NCBI GenBank assembly: GCA_965372795.1
Contig: CBDVDR010000032.1
Coordinates: 1 to 13,790 of the forward strand
Source of the DNA: an uncultured bacterium
GTDB taxonomy: Bacteria > Zixibacteria > MSB-5A5 > GN15 > FEB-12
Direction: 5' to 3'
DNA: 13,790 nt
In this document: in pieces, positions 1-9,955 of the stretch
How positions within the stretch are numbered: position 1 is the first letter of the stretch
Layout of the letters: each line of letters starts with the position of its first letter
Notes under the pieces: generated by a model
The model's database searches: none
What the model was told of the DNA's origin: nothing
The model's input: only the letters and a program-made list of their open reading frames with translations
Program-made: the position numbers and the translations under genes

Positions 1-600
<600 letters not shown>

Positions 601-745
601 CTAAGGAGCACGGTGTTACTGAGTATTTTAATACTCAAAATGTCGAGGTCGAACGACTAATTAGATCAAAGCTATTCTCTGACTTCGTTGACTATTTGTA
701 ATAAATTTGTGACTTTATAATGTGCGCCAAAGAGTTTGAATTTTT

Positions 746-819
<74 letters not shown>

Positions 820-826
820 TATTTTA

Positions 827-899
827 GGGGATGTAGCTCAGTTGGGAGAGCGATGGCTTTGCAAGCCATAGGTCAGCGGTTCGATCCCGCTCATCTCCA
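827..899 (+). tRNA. tRNA-Ala (TGC), CCA not encoded
   Basis: Acceptor GGGGATG/CATCTCC+A with the G3:U70 Ala identity pair; anticodon arm atggc-ttTGCaa-gccat; T arm agcgg-ttcgatc-ccgct. Confidence 0.98.
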
Positions 900-932
900 G
901 TTTTGAAAAGAAAATTTTTGTTTTTTATAAAT

Positions 933-964
933 GAGTCGCCCAGCGACTCGACTGTTCTTTGACA
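933..964 (+). promoter_or_regulatory. rrn spacer antitermination element: boxB-like hairpin plus boxA
   Basis: Hairpin gagtcgc-cca-gcgactc (933-949) followed by tgttctttgaca (953-964), close to the boxA consensus TGCTCTTTAACA and upstream of 23S. Confidence 0.8.
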
Positions 965-1087
965 ACTTCATAGTTTTGTGTCATTTTTCTTTATTTTTTT
1001 TATAGATTTTAAAGATACGTAAAGTGTGTCTTCCAAATGGCTGTGCAGTTTTGCACAAAAATTTAGGATGCTCTTAAGTAAGTTTTC

Positions 1088-4089
<3,002 letters not shown>

Positions 4090-4198
4090 GTTTTATAAAT
4101 TTCCTTAATTGCATCTAAAACGGCTCGCAAGAGTCGCAAAACGCACAGCCGTTTGGGTGTCATACTTAACGTATAAACACACAAAACTATGTAAAATT

Positions 4199-4316
<118 letters not shown>

Positions 4317-4326
4317 TTATAAATTT

Positions 4327-4356
4327 AAACCCTCTGAGAAATCAGAGGGTTTTTTT
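4327..4356 (+). terminator. Intrinsic terminator of the rRNA operon
   Basis: aaaccctctga-gaaa-tcagagggttt hairpin with a T-tract directly after 5S. Confidence 0.92.
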
Positions 4357-4418
4357 ATTGTTGAAGAAATCATAAATATAATTTAATTTATGATTATTAA
4401 CCATAGTAAGGCGGTATA

Positions 4419-4844
4419 ATGGATTCTTCGACAGTATATCTATTAATTGCCGATGCGATTCTATTGTTACACGCATCTTTCGTATTATTTGTTATAATCA
4501 GCTTAATCCTAATTATTGTCGGTAAATTTCGCAACTGGTCCTGGATAAGAAATTTCTGGTTCCGGGTAACGCATCTTGCTGCAATCGGTATCGTCGTTGT
4601 TCTATCATGGATTGATGTTATATGCCCGCTCACTTCACTTGAAATGGCACTCCGTTCTAGAGCAGGTGACAAAGTATATTCCAGTTCTTTCATAGCCCAC
4701 TGGGTCGAAGATTTATTATTTTACCAGGCACCGCCATGGGCTTTTATCATTTGTTATACTATCTTCGGTGCCTTGGTCGTTAGCTGTTGGTTTTGGGTAA
4801 GGCCATGTCGATTTCATGAAAATAAATTCAACTGCAATAAATAA
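4419..4844 (+). CDS. DUF2784-family membrane protein
   Basis: Hydrophobic helices plus family motifs LADAILLLH, WFRVTHL, CPLTSLE, SFIAHWV, recognised from memory of the family. Confidence 0.85.
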   Translation: MDSSTVYLLIADAILLLHASFVLFVIISLILIIVGKFRNWSWIRNFWFRVTHLAAIGIVVVLSWIDVICPLTSLEMALRSRAGDKVYSSSFIAHWVEDLLFYQAPPWAFIICYTIFGALVVSCWFWVRPCRFHENKFNCNK

Positions 4845-4849
4845 TTATT

Positions 4850-4971
4850 CCGTGGGCGCAGACGCCAACCACACTTCGTGTGCTCGTCTGCCACATGAAA
4901 GATTATCCTTCCATAAGTCAGTCCAAGTAGGGCAGGAGCAACCAACCCTCGGTTGCCTGTGATCCTGCCAT
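4850..4971 (+). repeat. Two-hairpin REP-like element, copy A
   Basis: ccGTGGgc-gcagacg...cgtctgc, then cagtccaaGTAG-ggcagga...tcctgcc. Homologous to 6261-6326 and 8193-8291. Starts 5 bp after the DUF2784 stop. Confidence 0.85.
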
Positions 4972-4996
4972 TTAATAATTTAATAACTCAGCTTTA

Positions 4997-5077
4997 CCAG
5001 AGAGATTTGGTGGGAGAGTAGAAAGTTGCCGGGTTTATAAATTTAAAACCCTCTGAGTAATCAGAGGGTTTTTTTAT
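4997..5077 (+). repeat. Direct repeat of the 5S rRNA 3' end plus rrn terminator (copy of 4279-4358)
   Basis: Identical to 4279-4358 except one extra A and terminator loop gtaa instead of gaaa. Confidence 0.97.
5045..5075 (+). terminator. Duplicated intrinsic terminator
   Basis: aaaaccctctga-gtaa-tcagagggtttt plus T-tract. Confidence 0.88.
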
Positions 5078-5113
5078 GTCTCGAAATATGTGATATTGAA
5101 AGTACGAAACTTC

Positions 5114-5142
5114 TTGACAGAATTAACAATTTAGCCTAATAA
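5114..5142 (+). promoter_or_regulatory. Possible sigma70 promoter for the GIY-YIG/protease pair
   Basis: Perfect TTGACA at 5114-5119; only a weak -10 (taataa) at 17 bp spacing. Confidence 0.35.
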
Positions 5143-5229
5143 AGAGTAAACAAGGTTTTTTATAGGGTTAATTTCTAAAATAACCAGATAAAATCGTAAT
5201 ATTTATTTTCATAAATGAAAGGATTCATT

Positions 5230-5505
5230 ATGGGTACAAAAAAATCAAATTACACCAAAGCAGGAGTTGATAAAATTAGTAATGACAAACCCGCTTTGTA
5301 TAGAATCAAGACTGATTCAGGTAATGATAATTATGTGGGAATTGCCAAAAGAGGTAGAGTCTCTGATAGGATCGGTGAACATCTTGGAGAAATCCCAGGA
5401 TCAACAGTTGAGATTGAACAATTTAGTAGTATTAGAGATGCTGCTAAAAAAGAAGCTCGCGTAATTAAAAGAAGCCAACCCAAATACAATAAAAAGGGGA
5501 AATGA
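5230..5505 (+). CDS. Small stand-alone GIY-YIG superfamily nuclease-like protein (91 aa)
   Basis: PALYRI...NYVGIAK...RIGEH...KKE..VIK..QPKYN follows the UvrC-N-type GIY-YIG pattern (GIY, YIG, Arg, Glu, Asn). SD aaagga at 5218-5223 favours ATG 5230 over 5215. Confidence 0.75.
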   Translation: MGTKKSNYTKAGVDKISNDKPALYRIKTDSGNDNYVGIAKRGRVSDRIGEHLGEIPGSTVEIEQFSSIRDAAKKEARVIKRSQPKYNKKGK

Positions 5506-6251
5506 TGTTAAAAGAAATAACCTTATTTATTGTTTTAAGTTTATTATCATTAGAGGTTTTTTCAAATGATATAGATAAAAAAATTGTAGAAGATTATAAA
5601 GGCGCAGTTGTTAGAGTAGAGACAAGTGATGAACAATTCTTAGGCACTGGTTTCTTCTTTAATACTAAAGGATATATATTAACAGCTGCTCATATTTTAA
5701 AACTTAATGGGGAAGATCTAATTGAAGTTAAGATAAGAAATTATACTAAAGTAATACAAAGTAAAGATTCAACGAGTGTAAATAAAGAGGTCGTCTTGTT
5801 ATGTGATGTAGATTATGTATTCCCAGAGATTGATATGGCAATATTGCAAGTAAGAAATAGTACACATACATTTGAAAGATTTCCATATAGTTTGCTCAAT
5901 TATTCAAATCATATATATGAAGGTCAATCAGTTGGAATCTGTGCCTTTATTCCAGATAAATTTGAAAAGGCAAAGGCATTTATTTCATCTGGAGTTGTTA
6001 GTACAATACGAAAAAAAGAATATATCCCTTTTTTAGAAAAAGTATTAGATTTTATTCAATCAGACTTAAATATTGCCAGAGGGACAAGTGGAGGTCCAAT
6101 TTTTGAATTAAAAACTGGAAGAGTTATTGCAATGCAAACCGGAGGTATGTATTTAGATAAGTCAATACATACACCATATTCTATTGGAATTCTAATTGAT
6201 CAAATATTTCCTAAATTGGACTCTCTTGGAATTGCATACGATGTGAAATAG
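5502..6251 (+). CDS. Secreted trypsin-like (S1) serine protease
   Basis: N-terminal signal peptide; GTGFF, triad motifs LTAAHI, DMAILQV, GTSGGP. ATGA overlap with the upstream gene. Confidence 0.9.
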   Translation: MMLKEITLFIVLSLLSLEVFSNDIDKKIVEDYKGAVVRVETSDEQFLGTGFFFNTKGYILTAAHILKLNGEDLIEVKIRNYTKVIQSKDSTSVNKEVVLLCDVDYVFPEIDMAILQVRNSTHTFERFPYSLLNYSNHIYEGQSVGICAFIPDKFEKAKAFISSGVVSTIRKKEYIPFLEKVLDFIQSDLNIARGTSGGPIFELKTGRVIAMQTGGMYLDKSIHTPYSIGILIDQIFPKLDSLGIAYDVK

Positions 6252-6260
6252 TATTTATTC

Positions 6261-6326
6261 CCGTGGGCGGCAGACGCCCTCGTCTACCCCAGTCCAAGTA
6301 GGGCAGGTGCGTTCCGCTTCTGACAT
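6261..6326 (+). repeat. Two-hairpin REP-like element, copy B (short form lacking the inner hairpins)
   Basis: ccgtgggcggcagacgccctcgtctaccccagtccaagtagggcagg matches copies A and C. Lies between convergent genes and is followed by a T-tract. Confidence 0.8.
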
Positions 6327-6347
6327 TTTTTTTCTAATTATTAGAAA

Positions 6348-6911
6348 TTATGGCATTGAAACCGCACCATATTCAAATTCATCCTCAGTAAATTTCTTTC
6401 TGACTATTTTTACTTTGTTTGCCACAGGTAGATCTACGGAATAATTGTCATTGATTGGGAAAATTTTTAAAGTCTCATTTCTCTTTAAATTGTTTTTTGT
6501 TTTAAAAGAGATTCCGCGCTTACTAACATCAATTAATTTACCGTTGATCTCCTCGCCATCAGTACGGATAATCTTGATAGAATCTAATAATTTATGACGT
6601 GTACTTTCTCGAGTGCCATTTTGAGAAGTTAAAAAATTTATTTTGCCGTAAAGTGAATTGATTTTTTCATCAAGTAATTGTTGAATGTCATTTTTTTCTA
6701 ATACTGACTTGTCAAATTCATTTTCGATAGAATCCTTAATCTCACGCATCGCATTAGCTTGTAAAGATAGAGGACCGATTGTTAAGCCGATATTTTTTGC
6801 AGACAAAATTCTGTTCATAGCTTTGTTTATTTCTCGTCTGAGGATTAGTATGATCAGAATTGATGTCAGTGGCCAAAGAGCAGCCTGAAGGATCATTGTA
6901 TAATTTTCCAT
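6348..6911 (-). CDS. Membrane-anchored PilZ-domain protein (putative c-di-GMP receptor)
   Basis: N-terminal TM (LWPLTSILIILIL); C-terminal RESTR (RxxxR) and DVSKRG (DxSxxG) PilZ motifs; upstream GGGAG SD. Confidence 0.85.
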   Translation of the reverse strand: MENYTMILQAALWPLTSILIILILRREINKAMNRILSAKNIGLTIGPLSLQANAMREIKDSIENEFDKSVLEKNDIQQLLDEKINSLYGKINFLTSQNGTRESTRHKLLDSIKIIRTDGEEINGKLIDVSKRGISFKTKNNLKRNETLKIFPINDNYSVDLPVANKVKIVRKKFTEDEFEYGAVSMP

Positions 6912-7070
6912 TTAATTGTACTCCCATGCTTAACTGAATAGCGTAATTAAAATATATGAAATAAAAAAAAATTATACAAGTCATACAAACAAGAATACTT
7001 GCACTTTAGACACCCTCATTTGCCATTAATTCCTTCACATCCTCGCATTTCAAATTCTCAACAACCTTAC

Positions 7071-7107
7071 GGGTGCCCCACCCCTTGGGGTGGGATAAGT
7101 AACACCC
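7071..7107. repeat. GC-rich palindrome (GGTG-type REP-like or terminator hairpin)
   Basis: gggtgc-cccacccc-tt-ggggtggg; gggtg (7071-7075) can also pair with caccc (7103-7107). Located just past the stop of the minus-strand peptidase gene. Confidence 0.55.
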
Positions 7108-7128
7108 TTCCAGATTATTATTTCAATT

Positions 7129-8055
7129 TTATTCTGTCGGATACAATTTTTCAATCTCTTCGTTGGTCAAATCATCCGGATAGGTTACCTCCTCACCCGT
7201 AGAAATACCCTCCGCAATTTCAGCTATTTTTATTTTTGAAAGGTTCTCAATTGTTGATTTAACTTTTTCATCATATTCGCCAACATCCAATTTAGCAACA
7301 TTGGGTAAAATCTGATTATTAATTTCATTCATAAAAACATTATGAAGTTCGACATACGAAAGTGGTCGGTTATTTTGCATGGCAATCACCGCAGTATTAA
7401 CTCCTAAATAAGCCGAGGCAAGTCTTTGGTTCGGTGTTCCATGATGTTGAGGATGATTAAGGTAAAAATCCCCTGTATTATGTACGTATGCAAAATATCC
7501 CTGAATAGAATTCCAACTCATTTGTTTTGCCAGCGCCATATAATATCCGGAAAAAGCATCAGCTTCAAGTTCCATTCTTGGGTTTCCTGTTGACCAGTTA
7601 TGAACATATTGAACTCTATGTCCCCATTCATGTGCAAGCAGTCCTGCAATACCTAAATCATTAAAATTATTGGATATGTAACTTAAATTATAATAACCTA
7701 AGATAATAAACCCTGTACTGAACGCATAAGAATTCTTATCTTGAGGAGAGTGTTCTCGAAAAAGATATACATTCGCAGGTACTCCCGTATAGAAATTGCG
7801 TTGTAAATAAATCTCTTCATTTAATTTTTGATCGTAATAGGCATTACCCAAAGTATAAATTCTTGGTCCATAACCTTGGGCTTCATTGAAGCTTGCAGAA
7901 TAACACCCAACTTTCCCATAAACCTGTTGTTGCGGTTCTGGTATTGGATCCGGTTCCGGATCATCACAGTCTTTAAATAAACATTTAATATCACTGCACG
8001 AGTTGAAACTTAATAATAACAAAATCAAGCCAAAAATAATGGCAATTTTCTTCAT
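7129..8055 (-). CDS. Lipoprotein, neutral zinc metallopeptidase family (HExxH)
   Basis: Signal ending SFNSC (lipobox-like); LAHEWGHRVQ, ELEADAFSG and HGTPNQR motifs typical of YpfJ-like Zn peptidases; SD AAAGGGG. Confidence 0.88.
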   Translation of the reverse strand: MKKIAIIFGLILLLLSFNSCSDIKCLFKDCDDPEPDPIPEPQQQVYGKVGCYSASFNEAQGYGPRIYTLGNAYYDQKLNEEIYLQRNFYTGVPANVYLFREHSPQDKNSYAFSTGFIILGYYNLSYISNNFNDLGIAGLLAHEWGHRVQYVHNWSTGNPRMELEADAFSGYYMALAKQMSWNSIQGYFAYVHNTGDFYLNHPQHHGTPNQRLASAYLGVNTAVIAMQNNRPLSYVELHNVFMNEINNQILPNVAKLDVGEYDEKVKSTIENLSKIKIAEIAEGISTGEEVTYPDDLTNEEIEKLYPTE

Positions 8056-8192
8056 GATAATTCCCCTTTTAAGTAATGCGTTATTTTTTTAAAAATATTA
8101 TTGTCTGCTCGGCTTTGCTGATAAAAGACAACAATTGTCTACGTATGGGATATATACGGGAAAGTTAAAATAAATGCAAACTTTTATTTATG

Positions 8193-8291
8193 CCGTGGGC
8201 GGCAGACGCCAACTACATTTCGTGTACTCGTCTGCCCCAGTCTAAGTAGGTCATGAGCCACCAACCCTCGGTGTCCTGTGCTCCTGCCATT
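8193..8291 (+). repeat. Two-hairpin REP-like element, copy C
   Basis: ccgtgggcggcagacgcc-aactacatttcgtgta-ctcgtctgccccagtctaagtagg...gctcctgccatt; colinear with copy A. Confidence 0.85.
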
Positions 8292-8384
8292 ACCAAGACA
8301 TAACAAATCTCCAAATCTCAAATTCACTACCAATTTGCTGATGAATACAAAATGAGTTTCTTCTATGAGAAGGAGAACTCAATT

Positions 8385-8480
8385 ATGCCCAATATCAAAA
8401 CGACAAAATTCAAATTTTCAGACCAAACTTTGTCTCAAAAACGCCCCTCCAGGCATCGCAAACATTCCAAATATGAATAA
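8385..8480 (+). CDS. Possible small basic peptide (31 aa, MPNIKTTKFKFSDQTLSQKRPSRHRKHSKYE)
   Basis: Strong SD aaggag at 8370-8375, ATG 8385, TAA 8478-8480. No recognisable homology. Confidence 0.3.
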   Translation: MPNIKTTKFKFSDQTLSQKRPSRHRKHSKYE

Positions 8481-8484
8481 TTAT

Positions 8485-8768
8485 AAACCACACGAAGTGT
8501 GCAAAACGAACCCATTTGAAAAATCTAAGGAAAAGCTTTCAAATTACGTCAGGAAAAACCACACGAAGTGTGCAAAACGAACCCATTTGAATGAAAACCT
8601 CAAAAGAATATGAAAACATAAAAGTAGTAAAACGAACCCAAATCATTGTACTATCTTAAATCAAAAGAAGTTAGAAGGAATTTCTTTAATTTTCAATCAC
8701 ATGAAAAGTATTGGAGGAATAATCAAACTATGTGAATCGTCAGGAATAAACACTCGAAGTGTGAAAAA
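8485..8768 (+). repeat. Direct-repeat cluster (36-bp exact pair plus partial copies)
   Basis: aaaccacacgaagtgtgcaaaacgaacccatttgaa at 8485-8520 and 8556-8591; aaaacgaaccca again at 8629-8640; 8738-8768 matches 8547-8577 at 27/31. Confidence 0.9.
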
Positions 8769-8788
8769 AAGCAGGATTTTCATCCTGC
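8764..8788 (-). terminator. Intrinsic terminator for the PstS-like gene
   Basis: On the minus strand gcaggat-gaaa-atcctgc followed by T7, about 45 bp past the stop at 8832. Confidence 0.75.
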
Positions 8789-8831
8789 CTTAATTATACC
8801 CACATCTGTCAAATCCAAAATTTTATAAAAC

Positions 8832-9647
8832 TTATTTTCCCGATAAAGTCACCCGTTCAATCGGGATAAATTGCTGACAAACAAATTCTTTTCCTTTACG
8901 ACTGTAAAACCAATCGACAATCTGTTGTGCTAATTCACTTGATTCAGGAGAGGTCACAACATTCAAAGTCCGTTGAATGCAATATTTCCCCGACATAATA
9001 TTCTTTCCACTGGGGATATTACGATTAACAGCTATCGGTTTAACTTTATCATTCAAGAAATTTAATCTGACAATCCCGAATCCGCCGCGAATGTTCTGAA
9101 CTTGGTGAATAATTTCCTGAGCAGAATTAGCAATAATAGCATCGGTAGATAATTTTCTATTTTTCAAAATTATATTATCGACAAATTCCGCAACAGAGGT
9201 AAAATCAGCACCGGTTATAATAGTGATAGGGAGATTGTCGCCGCCAAATTTATTCCAGTTGGTCTTTTTACCGGAAAAAATTTCGGACAAGTCTTTCTTA
9301 TTTAAGTTCACTACCCGGTTTTCTTTGTTGATTATAATTATAAAAGCTTCGGTGGCGATTTTATGGGCGATCAAACCGCGTCTTTTTTCCTTTTTAGTGA
9401 GCTTACGACTGGTGAAGGCCAGATCAATTTTATTTTTGATTAATGCCTGAATCGCTGACTCATTGCCGTTAGCAGAAAGTTCGATTTTACATTCGAGCAT
9501 TTCTTCGATTAAATCTTTTGCCGGAAGTACAAATCCTTGCTCACAAATTGAAGAACCATCGATTTTGATTATTTCCTCAGCCTGTCCTGATATGGAAATC
9601 AATGAAAGTATAAGGATTATTGATGATAAAATTTTAAAAAGCTTCAT
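8832..9647 (-). CDS. PstS-like substrate-binding protein (PBP_like_2 type), orphan
   Basis: Signal peptide; IDGSS, DLAFTSRKL, LSEIFSGKKTNWNKFGG, NIMSGKY.IQRTL motifs; SD AAGGAG. No pstCAB in the window. Confidence 0.85.
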   Translation of the reverse strand: MKLFKILSSIILILSLISISGQAEEIIKIDGSSICEQGFVLPAKDLIEEMLECKIELSANGNESAIQALIKNKIDLAFTSRKLTKKEKRRGLIAHKIATEAFIIIINKENRVVNLNKKDLSEIFSGKKTNWNKFGGDNLPITIITGADFTSVAEFVDNIILKNRKLSTDAIIANSAQEIIHQVQNIRGGFGIVRLNFLNDKVKPIAVNRNIPSGKNIMSGKYCIQRTLNVVTSPESSELAQQIVDWFYSRKGKEFVCQQFIPIERVTLSGK

Positions 9648-9955
9648 AAGAGCTCCTTTATTGTTTCTAAAGAATATTTGATAATTTTGATAATAATCAG
9701 TTTATCCGCCATATTCTGACATCGTCTTAAATAGCTTTAAATAATATAAAAATGAGAGATTTAATCTTCAAGATTTGATAAACTGTTAAAAAATGTGACA
9801 GTTGAGGTCACAATATCTGATAAATATATGTTTCTGGGGGTTTACAAAACGGCAAATTTATCCATGTGAGCGATAGACGTATTCCCCTAACCCTCTATTT
9901 GTCTTCTGGTTACTGCGGGTATTATTATTGTCGGAACTGATTTCAGGCCTATATC

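Noticed and set aside
4997..5034. Functional second 5S rRNA gene
   Set aside because: Only the last ~38 nt are present; the upstream sequence has no 5S similarity.
4850..8291. Integron attC sites
   Set aside because: The repeats lack RYYYAAC...GTTRRRY ends, there is no intI, and the genes lie in both orientations.
8485..8591. Bona fide CRISPR array
   Set aside because: Only two full repeats, no cas genes, and part of the 'spacer' (cgtcaggaa) recurs with the hairpin at 8738, which is not expected of an acquired spacer.
8365..8613. 82-aa ORF across the 36-bp repeats
   Set aside because: No SD before its ATG, and it reads the two identical repeats in different frames, so the repeats are not protein-level. 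Likely non-coding.
9794..9812. CRP/FNR site
   Set aside because: TGTGA and TCACA are 9 bp apart rather than the required 6.
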